Below are positions 25,033-36,179 of a stretch of 64,000 bases of DNA, piece by piece. The first letter of the stretch is position 1; each line of letters opens with the position of its first letter. The stretch is from Paraphysomonas bandaiensis (taxonomy: Eukaryota; Protista; Chrysophyceae), in NCBI GenBank assembly GCA_965644295.1, contig CBFFRP010000069.1, positions 62,001-126,000 on the forward strand. Reading direction: 5' to 3'. The notes below the pieces were generated by a model, which had not been told where the DNA came from, made no database searches, and saw nothing but the letters and a program-made list of their open reading frames with translations. Position numbers and translations under genes: made by a program.

Positions 25033-25939
25033 TTTTAAAGATAGCAACAAAAACAGCAATAACCAATCGATAATGGCGTTACTTAATGTACAACTAAATG
25101 AGAACTACTGCAGAAGGATGTGTCATCAGGTGTGCTTAAGTTTGATGTACATGAGCCCCTTATTGGTTTGTGGGGGTGTATGTATTCCAGGAGACGTTTT
25201 TCGACAAAGTGGACCAACCCTCCACTTGTAGGACCGTAGATGGTCCCACTCGTCCTAAAAAACAGGCACTCATCATCCCACACCCAAACTCACACTCACC
25301 ATCACCACCACTTTTATGTGTGAGTATACTGCTATATACCGGTATACAATACAGTGGAACAGCACATGAGACTCTGAATATGTGTGTATGTATGTAGAAG
25401 ATACAGTCACTTACAGGCAGCTCGACAGCATGTACCACCTTCAGAGACATTAAAGTGCATGCATCATAAGTATATTTACTATGGCAGCGTATGATCTAAG
25501 AAAGAGATGATTTTATCGAAAGATTTTCTTGTAATATGTCATAACAGTACAGATATCGGCCTCCTATAGATTGCAACCGCCAGGAGCGTTGGACGACCCT
25601 CAGAGGGTGACCAACACGACAGATACATTGTAGACTATATATACATTGTTAATGAAGCCGTAATTTAGCATTTATATACGTATTAAACGTATTTTCCTTC
25701 TAATTGTAACGCTATCACATGCACCGACACGTGCCACCCCAGACGCCCATAGATCACCCCCAGAGTGCAAAGAAGACTTCCGGTACATTATAAACCATGT
25801 GTCTAATATATTTTTTCTATAACGTTACATTGCCATATATATATGTGATTTAATACATTTTAATATTAAGTACCCCTATTTTATTTTCTGTTATACCATA
25901 GGCACCGCTATGGACCACCCCACAAGCCCCCAGATCTTT

Positions 25940-26510
25940 GCTTGTAGACGACCTGAGAAAGTTTGAAAGCGTTTCTAAGCTACTTCAAACAGGAGACTCT
26001 AGTCAAGTGAATATTTATGAAGACCGGAACATTTTTGGCGGCTTGTTGATGGACTTCGGGGTTAGGTATCCCAAACCTGCTTTAAAGAAAACAGTTCCAT
26101 TGCTAGTGATCCGAATTCTGAGAATGGAATTTGAAAAAATCCAAGCAAGCGAATAATTTGAGTTGACAAGATCTGGGAAAGATGCTGTTAGAATATATCT
26201 CCGTACAGACAGCGAATGTAACAGTACAGATGATGATGAAGCTGAGGTTGGCTATGCGGAAAAATTTCTTCAGTGAGCTAAAAAAATTAAGAAATGAAAG
26301 ATTGAAATATCTAAGTACAGGTGCACGAGTCTTGTAGTATGTACTTCCAATACAGTGGTTTTGGATATCATGTGATTTTAATGACTAATACTAAAACTGG
26401 AATCTACTGATGTGTTTACTTACTGAATAGTGATACTCATATGTACGGATACTCCGTCAATACAACCCTATTTAACAACAGTATTGCAATATATTGTTCC
26501 CTAGCCCTGC
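25940..26510 (+). mobile_element. Degenerate hAT remnant (same family as 46759-47543) with one TIR
   Basis: Shares GTATGTACTTCCAATAC and AAAAAATTAAGAAA with the 47-kb copy and ends CAATATATTGTTCCCTAGCCCTG. Confidence 0.7.
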
Positions 26511-26704
26511 TACAAGGACTTAATAATAAGGTGAAACAAATGGATGACGCTGTTCTTTATTGAATGTTAACATATTTATCTTAATGTTTGTTAAGAGTAT
26601 ATTTATATATTATTGTTTTTACTTCTTAGATTTGATTGTACCAGATACCTTTTTTTGTTTTGTACTACTTAAAGTTATTATCATTCATAAATGTGTTACA
26701 ATTA

Positions 26705-28250
26705 TCATACGATTTCTGGAGAGGGAAGGACTGAAAGGACGTTATTTTTCTCTCTCGTTTTCATGCTAATCCAAGAGGAAATCTGACCAACAGTAAGCCA
26801 TTTCCAAGGCTCTACAAAGTGTAATTTCATGTACCGTCGGATTGTAGGAGCCTGTCTTTTATCACGCATATCGTACTGTAATGTCAACCAGTCTTTGATT
26901 TCATCAGTAAATGATTCCACTACGTTTTCCTTGTTTAGTCGACGGGCATATCCTGGACTGAGGGGAAATACTTTCCGAGGTCCCATGGTGAAATGACAAA
27001 TGAGAAAATCGTTTTCACAGGAAAATGTCCTATGTAGAAATTCAACCACACCCTCGTGGAGATGGGCTGCACTGATCACCATGTCATTTACTTTGTGCAA
27101 CCTTATTCCCACTGAAATCGTCACGGCATTGATTGAAGAGCAACTAACTTTCGAGATAACGTTCCCTTGAACATCCATTTGGGGTAATTCCTGTAAGGAA
27201 GATATTCTGATGCTTATCTCTTTCTGTGATATATCCATTTTCCCACCTAGCAGTATGTTCGAGGGATGAGATTTCATGCCAGAATCAAGCAGATCTAGAA
27301 TTCGGACTACAGGTGTCGGAAATTTGCGAGTCGTGGAATGAGTTTCCACAGTAGCTGGCGTTGAGGAAGAGCATGTCGACCGTGCTGAGGGAATAGTAGG
27401 TTTGTACTGGCTTAATACGGACTCTATTCTATCACACTCCATTCGATCTTTCATTAATCTCTTCGTCTTTGCGTCAAGCTTTCTCTGTTGAACCGCTCTC
27501 TTAATTTTGAGCCTTGTTTCGTGAGTCGGCTTCGGTAATAGTTGTCGACTAATTGCTTCAACAGACTGCACTGATGACTCAACAATATGTGCCCCGGTTG
27601 GCACTAGAGACATCGCACCTCTACGCTTACTTACAAGATCCTACTAAAAAAATCAGCATTATCAGACGGCAGTATTAGTGTTGAAAAGAATTATTAAACA
27701 GCAGATTATTACACTTACTGTGTGAGGCAATATAACTCCTTTTCCCAAGGGTGGTACTTCCTGCAAAACAACCGCTGAAGGCAAGAACTTATACCCAATT
27801 ATGTCGCTGATCCCTTTGATGGCGGACGGTACTCTGACAGACTTTTTGTGTCGAGATAGAACATCTCTTGAACATGATACCCTACAGGGGATTTTTGTGG
27901 AAGTTCGTTGACAACATCAGCGACATTGACAAAACACTTTCCATTATTTCTTGCCCTCTTTACAGTCCCTTTGATAAAAGCAGTGATGGTATCGGATCGA
28001 CATTTCCCATGTCCAGGCTCCTCAAATTCTCCAGGATACGAATGCTCGTGTCATCAGTAGCAGTCGTTTTCAAGTGTTCATTCATATCTACCAAAGCACA
28101 AAGTGGCAAAGTTGACTTGTAGTAATCGACGTTATCTGTTGCTCGAACTGTGGGTGTTAAAGATACAGTCACCATCTCCGACTGGGAGATGGTCTCCGGC
28201 AGCAAGGCGAGTCTTCTTGCCGGAGTTTCTTCCATCAAGCTCAACAATAT
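26705..28250 (-). pseudogene. Hypothetical, probably transposon-associated gene with in-frame stops in its 5' part
   Basis: 302-aa ORF ending FPLSPGYARR...IKDWL...LTVGQISSWIS (HTH-like), joined by short introns to stop-interrupted upstream frames; lies inside a 27-bp inverted repeat pair. Confidence 0.4.
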
Positions 28251-28469
28251 GGGTCTACACTACAATAATACACACTTTTTATTCTCTATCTATATGGATA
28301 TGGCGCCTGGCTCCTTAATAGAAATTGTGGTCATTTTGACCACAATTTCAAAGCTCTACACTCATATTCCATACGAAAAAACACAATACAAAAAAATGAA
28401 GTGGGACCAGACTGGTCCGCTTTGTCGAAAAACGTCTCCCAGGGAAATACGTAACAGAGTTGATACATA

Positions 28470-28640
28470 TAGCACGTATGTATGTATACGTAGTATGTAC
28501 AGTCATGTACTGTACGTATAGCAGTATGTACAGTCGTGTACGTATAGTTTGTGTATGTATAGTTCGATGTGTAGTCATGTACGTAAAGCAGTGTACGTAT
28601 AGTTCATGTACTGTATGTATAGTCGTGCACGTATAGCTAG
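28470..28640. repeat. Degenerate tandem repeat of GTACGTATAG/CATGTAC-like units
   Basis: Repeated TGTACGTATAG, CAGTGTACGTATAGTTCATGTA and related variants. Confidence 0.75.
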
Positions 28641-28780
28641 CAGTGTACGTATAGTTCATGTAGGGGTGTGTCTGTATGGTATGTTTGGAATGGCTATTAA
28701 AACTTCACTGCAGCCAACTCACACATGCTGAGATATCATTCTCCTGATCAACCATATTGAATTAAATCCATTATCTTATA

Positions 28781-31700
28781 ATGGAAGTTGTTCTTCAATC
28801 TGTTAGTTTCATTGATTACGATGATGAATGTGATGGACTTGCATTACATAACAAACATGCTGTGAAATATATCGATAAGGCATCTATAACACTTGCTCCT
28901 GGATCTATTACTGCTATTATAGGGTCACCTAAAGAAACACGACATCTACTTGAACTGATTGGGTTACGTAAGAGAACAGGCTACATAGCAGGAGACATAT
29001 ATCACGATAACGTTATACGAAAGCATAAAACGAAATACAGGGATATTGCTTATATCAGAGATTTTGACTCTCATTATTTTGATTACTTGACTGTTTTTGA
29101 TTTTCTTATGTGGGCTGGATTGTTAAGATTGCATTTAAACTTGGATGAATGTTGTTTGCGCGCACGCGAAGTGGCACTTGAGGTTGATTTGAACCCATTA
29201 CTTTGGGTAAAAGAATTAGACGCCGGGCAGCGCATTCTACTTGCACTTGCGGCTGAATTAGTTAACAGCCCAACGCTGATATGTATGGAATGTCCTCTTG
29301 ACTTCAAAAACGAGTCACACGCAGTAGGTGTCGCACGATCTCTCACCCGTGTTGCCCATCGCAAGACTTTGTCCACAACAATTGTCTTTACGGCATTGGG
29401 GCCAAGCTATAGCGTGTTCCAGTTTGTTGATCAGGTCGTGGTGCAGTTTCAGAACAATATCTTGTACTATAGCGGGTATTTGTTAGACCAGAATTATGAT
29501 AAAGAATCATCTCCATTGTCGTCAGAGGATGCCGATAAGTGCCGACATATTCTCGCCGGCGTATCCCGTGAAATTCTTCGCAGTGGGTACGGCACATCTT
29601 ATTGTAGTACGGCGACAACAGTCTCTTGTAAAGAATACGATAGATCTACAGCAATCCAAGAGCTAAGATTCCGTTTGCAACATTGTGTAGCAGAATTAGC
29701 TGCAGTAGGTGCGAAGGGTGTTCCTGGGGAAGGGGCTCCACTGAATGATACCACATATTCTAGGTATGGAGTATATATCGAGTGCATACTGTGGTGTATG
29801 TACGTATCTTTTACGTGTATCAAGTATCGTCAGTTGTTGCCGTTAAATTGAAATCCAACACATCAATCTCATCTTCGTTATTGTTAGTCGTAGCCGCCAG
29901 CTTGACACCTGTCACTTAAAGACACACCCGTACTTAAGGGAGATATCCTCGCTGGTCACTCGCGCTTGGGCGTGCCTGCGGTCGAATGTATGTCCGCGAT
30001 TGTTTTTGTTCTTATGAGATGATGAATTTTTGCTATTTGATGATATAATGTAGCTCGAGTTGTGTTATCTTGATATGTTTTGTGCAGCCGATCTTAATGG
30101 GCGTTGGCGTGTTGCGTTTCGTAGTATCTGGAATCATTCTTGGAGTGTCAGCAATGAATGCAGGTAACAAAGCAGAGTATCTAGAAGACGACGATGACTG
30201 GTTTCTGCACGACGACGATCTCACAAACGATGACTCCTTTGCCATTACCTCGACATTGTTTTTTATCACTGCTGTAATTCTTCTTGGCCACACTTTCGCT
30301 GTACCATACATGAATTCCCACATTAGGATGATTAAAATGGAGATTTCGACGGGTGTACATCACCCTGTTTCCGCTTGGATATCTATTTTGCTCTACGATT
30401 GGCCAGTTCAACTACTGGGCTCGATATTTCTTTGTGTCATTGTCCGCGCCTTCTTAAAACTTCAAGGCAATTCAAACTCTTTCTATTCAGTGGTCGTGAT
30501 GTGTGCTCTATGTTCATCGTCTTTGGCATCGGCGATTGCAGCATGTTACAAAAGTGCATACAAGGCTACACAAGTGTTTATGGCGTCATCATCTCTTGCA
30601 CTCCTTTTTTGTGGTTATCTTCAATTGCTACCCAGTATACCAAGTTTTTTGAGGTGGGGATCGAAGTTATCATTTGCACGTTGGACATTTCAGGCTCTAA
30701 TGTTATCGTCTTTTCAAGAAAGTCGTAGTGGGCGGGCTTATCTGGATAAATATGGGTTTGATGAGGAGCACGTCAGTGACTGTGTCGTATGGATGCTACT
30801 ATGGGTTGTAGCTTTGCAGTTTGTGCTCATTCTCAATCTTTATCCTTTTCAACGTCGGGAGCTATATACCGAGGCATGGAAATATGTGAAGGTAACTAGC
30901 AGATCTTTTAAGGACACCCAGTCGGATTCCAATCTGACGTCACTCTTGAATAACGAGTCGGGTCACACGAATCCCACCATCTTAGGCGATTCGGATATAT
31001 TTTGTAGAAGTAGTGAAGAAACCGTAGACGGTACATATGAGCCGCCGAATATATCTGGCGAAGTAGAACGGGAGGGTACATCTGCATCCTGCCCAGTGCC
31101 ACTGTCAGATGCCAAAAAGACGTCTCTATGGTTTAGCAATGTAAGTCTAAGGGTTAAAAGCCCCAATACAACAAGTGGTACCGAAGTAGTCCTGAAGGGA
31201 ATGAGTGGAGGAGTATACCCAGGGGAGATGTGTTGCATTCTTGATGCGAAGGAAGAAGGCTCCGCTGGTGTCCTTTTACAGATACTCTGTGGTAAAGCGA
31301 GCACAGGGGGTATTGTAGATGGAGAAATTCGAATCAGCGATAAGTACTTACGACAAGGGGATACCATTCATAACGCCGTGTATGTTATGGAAGGAGATAG
31401 TGTTAGTCATTCCTTTTTAACAGTGCGTGAGTCTCTGCGGTATGCGGCATTGCTACGAAGAACAGATCAAAAGTCATGCCCCGCTGTTGTGAATCTGTTG
31501 CAATGTCGATCAATGCGAAAGCTAATTTCTAAACGCACTGAAGAAAGCGAGAGAACCGATTTGATCGATTTCAGTGATGAGGATATGGTTGGCGCAACGG
31601 GTGACGTTGAAAACAAGGTCAACGAAGCACTGCAATTGTATGACCTTGGAGGAGTGGCGGATGTCATCATTGGGCGTGAAAAGCACAGACGCATATCTCC

Positions 31701-33872
31701 TTCCCAGCTACGATGCCTGACAATCGCAACTGAAGGAATCAATAGTCCTGGATTGTTTTTTATACAAAACCCGTTCTATCGTTTAGATTGGTATCACGCC
31801 AACAGAGTGTGTAAGGTGTTGAAGAGTCTTAAAGATGGGGGTCGAAGTATATTATGCGCTCTTTCGAGACCTACTGACGAAGAATTTGTATATTTCGATC
31901 ACCTGTTGCTGTTGAATAAAGGTCTTCTGATGTACTCTGGCGAGGCTTGCCATGCACAGCGCCACTTTGATAATATAGGTACCAGTTTTAACTTTTACCT
32001 TTCCATCGTTTTTATAGTGTTGCGTATATGTAGGTTTTCAATCATGTCCAACTCAAAGCATTTTGAGTTATCTCTTAGATATATGCCATGAGCAAGCCTT
32101 TTATAGTTCCGCTGGCACGACAGCCGCCTCTATCGCCGGAAAGAAGTCAAGGTTACTAACTGCCGAAGATCTAGCCAATATTCGTTGCTCTATGGATCCC
32201 ACTGGCTCAAGAAGAAAGCCTGGTGTCAGCTTTTCATCGGCGCGTCCATTGACCGGCATTACGAACTCCTTACTACCGCAGGGCACCCCGGAGGATCCCG
32301 AGATGATGGAGAATGGCAGAAGCCATACGTATGGACCTGTTATTCGTCGAGGGGATGCCCCTATTGGCCCTTCCGCAAGAGTGTTGCTGAGACGACGCAC
32401 CATTACAGCCCTTAGAAATGTATGTTCTCGTGTTTTGCTGAATATATTACTCTAATATATTTTAGTGGCGGATGGTGTGTATATATATGGGACGATCTAT
32501 TATTGTCAGCTGCCTTCTTGGGTTACTGTGGTATAAAATTGATGATGGTGATGTTGAAGCAAGGATAATGCTTTCTTCTGTGGCCTACGTTTACATTGTG
32601 GGTAGTTTAGCAGATTTGTTTGATGGTAATGCATTCTACACTAGTGTTGTACTATTTCAGCTATTGTGTTTCACAGGAACTCACCGACGACAGACAGACT
32701 ATATGCGTGAACGGTACGTAATTCGCTGATTGCTGGCATAACCTCCCTCACCAAGTTGATCATATTAGTTCTGCTGGTGCGACCACCGCGGCAGCTTATT
32801 GGTGGGCGGACGGAACCCCTGTGGCTATTCATACACTTCCACAAGCGTTTGTTTTTAGTACACCATTTTATATGTTGGCAGGGCTGAGAAGTGGATTAGG
32901 TATTGCAATGGATCTGTAGTGTTTATACCTCTATTACGATGACAGTAGTTTCTTTTCCTTTTTGACTCTAATTTACCTATATAGGACCTTTTTTGTATTA
33001 TTGTTTCATTGTATTTGCAAGTCTTTATTGCAATATCGGCCTGATGTATTTGGTGTCTGCAATCGCGAAAAGGTAAACACATTTCGGTTTCCATGTATTT
33101 CTAGTTTTCTATGACGTCAACATGGTTAGCTAGTATGAAATATATGCGCTAAATGCTTGTTCGCCTATAGGCCGCGTGTGAGCCAAGTTGTTTTTCTGGG
33201 CCTGTTAGTTCCATTGCAAATTATGTTCTCCGGATCAGTTGTGTATTTATCTACTCTGTCTACCTGGTATGTGTTTCCTTTTCTCATACTGTTATTATTT
33301 ATTATGTGTTTGCTGTGCGACACAGGCTACAGTGGGGAGCTCTAATGAACCCGATGCATTATTTTCTTGCTGGTGTATTTGAAAATGAGTTTGAGGACAA
33401 CAGCTCAGCTTTAGGGTCAGGAGCATATGAACACCTCAAGAATGAGTACGGTTTCATGGCAAATTCTAGAACAGCTCTAATAGCACTTGTCTGCATCGGT
33501 TATGGATATCGACTTCTATGGTTAATGTCACTTAAGTATCGGGAGATCTTACAACAACGACATGTGCTTCATAAAGTCGTTAAGAGTGCCAGGTTGAAAG
33601 TTCAAAACTTGGTGGCCACGGGATTGCGTCTTTCAAGATCGAGAAATGAACGCAGGGAGCCTGATAGCAATTACGATGCGTTCCAAGATTTTGATAGTGA
33701 TTCACGCACGATGAGTGCTGCAATGTCTCACCAATCTGTTCTAAATCAGTTGTACTCCCAAGAGTTACCACAACCTGGCGTACCCAGCAGAGTAGGACAC
33801 AATCGAGCTACAGTTTTGAAATCTACATCTCGCGATCGTCTCGACAGTTTGGATGCGAATTCGAGACTCTGA
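28781..33872 (+). CDS. Full-size ABCG-like transporter (NBD-TMD-NBD-TMD) with degenerate ATPase motifs, multi-exon
   Basis: ABCG hallmarks LTVFDFL, LTVRESLRYAALLR, FDHLLLLNKGLLMYSG, SFARWTFQALM, NPMHYFLAGVFENEF; two TM blocks. Confidence 0.85.
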
Positions 33873-34214
33873 ATAACATAATAGACAAACTGATAATAAG
33901 CCAATACTATATACCTTTCATGTGGATTCGGAATATGATAATGAGTGTGTTGGATGCCATTGATGTGTAGTTAATCCTTTACACATGTTGCTTTTTTCTA
34001 TCGCTTTGGTTGTTTTTGCATCTATATCCGAAACTGGCATTTGGATGGTGTAAATTAAGCAACTGAACTTTAAACTTACTCAATAAATAATTAAAAAGTT
34101 GTGATCAACATCTCTACCATTCATTGTCATGCACTGAATTTATCTCGTCTACCAATCAATATTACCAAATCTGAGATATATTAGAGAGTCACGAATTATA
34201 TGTGCAGTCGATAT

Positions 34215-35225
34215 CAGGGTTCGGTGACAAATAAAAATATATTGCAATACTATTGTTCGATTTCTTTCCATCAATAATATTGATGGAAGTTTTGGAACCG
34301 GCCCAACAATACTATTGCAACATATTGCAATATAGTATTATCATTGACCAAAAGTTGATCAGTAAAAGTAAACACATCCGTAGACTCCATTTTTAGTACT
34401 AGTCATCATTAAGATCACATGATAACCAAATATTTTTCTACTCATTCTCTGAGCCATCATCCGTGACGTCAGCATCGCCATATTCATTTAGAATTAATTG
34501 GAACATATATATATCCGGCCACAACTGCCGATTTGCTCTCTGAAACAACATCACTGCAGTAGGATGCATACGTTTGCACAACACTGATAGAATAAGTGTT
34601 GCTGCCGTGAACAGGCGTTCACATCTATTAAAAGTACATACAACATGAATCGTGCATCTGTACTTCCCGTTTCTTAATATTTTGAGCCGAATAAATTGTC
34701 CACATAGCCTACATTAGTTTCATCATCCTCTGTGTTGTTGCAATTACTATATAAGAACATGGACTTATGTTAATTTATAAGTAAATTTTGTGAATGTCTG
34801 ATTATTAGCAACATAGGCGTGTAAGAGTCAGAACTAGTGTGTAGCAAAACAAAACTCTAAAACTAGTGCTTAACTCTGATATTCAACTATTTGGTGTTAC
34901 GAAAGCTGCTTGTAAACTCAAGCACCAAGGGGCAATCACTTTCGCTCTCTGCTCTTAAAGTGAACAGCCCGGAAGCTTGACTTCAGCAGAGAGGCAGCCT
35001 AATCCCCTTGCAACATCAGCTTCATCATCCTCTGTATTGTTTCAATCACTATCAGATCATGGGCTATATTTTGCACCCTACAGTTAAGAAACTCTCGGTA
35101 CTGAAATATTGATTGCAATATACTACTTTAACAAAACAAGTGATGGAATTTTGGCCGGTCCACCAATTAATATTATATTATTTTGCTATGTAATATATTG
35201 CAATTCAATATAATATTTTATTACT
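34215..35225 (-). mobile_element. Non-autonomous hAT element (family of 46759-47543) with a nested SINE-like insertion
   Basis: 34215-34410 is homologous to the reverse complement of the right end of the 47-kb copy; an ERLF relic lies on the minus strand near 34610; 35100-35225 matches the other end. Confidence 0.7.
34790..34986 (-). mobile_element. SINE-like element (LINE-tail family)
   Basis: Minus strand starts CTGAAGTCA, core GCGAAAGTGATTGCCCCTTGGTGCTTG...ACAAGCAGCTTTCGT, ends GCTAATAATCAGACATTCA. Confidence 0.75.
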
Positions 35226-36054
35226 GGTCAATGTAATACCAGTTTTACTATTATAATGAAATTCATATCATTAGTTCATGAAATACTGTTTTTACGAATT
35301 ATAACTGCATTCTCCAAGTATCGGTCATATTTCGAATACCTGAAATACAGATTCTAATTGCTTACAAACAAGAATGACCAACAATACAGTGACTGGTATA
35401 TGGATATACGATAGTTTGACAGAAGTAGCAAGTAATAAGTATAAAATAACATCATATAACAGGAACACACACATATATAAAAGGCGAGAAAATGTAGCCT
35501 GTACTCATTTCCATTTCAGAGACTTTTTGCCTATCTACTTCCTTGTGGCTTCGGAATGTAAAAGTCCCGACAGAGTGTACTAGGTTTTTAAAACTAATCA
35601 GTCGCTTATATCCTGCTGTCATATAAAAGTCTAGCTTTGATATTATCTGAAAACTTACTAACGACTATATATATATATGAAACTCATCTGTTATTACTTA
35701 GAGGTATTGAAGTGGTGAATGTCTTTTTATTAGCAATAAGTCGGTGTGAACGTGAAACCTGGTAAAAGAGATTACCAGGTTAATATATGGAAAAGTATCA
35801 TATAAGTACTCATTTTAAAACTATGTTAATGTTAATTACAATTTAGGTTTTGTACATTTTCGATTATATATATTTTAAAAACATTATAGTAAAACATTGT
35901 ATTATATTGTTGCTTTCATATAAATCTACTGTAACAATACTTATGAAAATCTCACATCAACGTATAACTATATATTATACACAGACAATATAGATACTAT
36001 ATTATTTTAAATATATTACTATAAATGAAACACAGTGTAGTTTGTAGCTACTTT

Positions 36055-36172
36055 CGGCAGGTGTTTAAAAGTCAGTGAATAAACAACTCTGATATATCCT
36101 ACTATTTGATGTTACCACAAGCACCAAGGTGCAGCTACTTCCGCTCTATCACCACGCTGATCTCTGCTTCAC
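36055..36172 (-). mobile_element. Degenerate SINE-like copy, inverted and adjacent to the 5' end of the LINE
   Basis: Minus strand GCGGAAGTAGCTGCACCTTGGTGCTTGTGG...AAATAGTAGGATA. Confidence 0.6.
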
Positions 36173-36179
36173 CAGGCAG

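Noticed and set aside
28470-28640. Possible CRISPR-like array
   Set aside because: Units are short and degenerate with no unique spacers and no cas genes; the context is eukaryotic. It is a simple tandem repeat.
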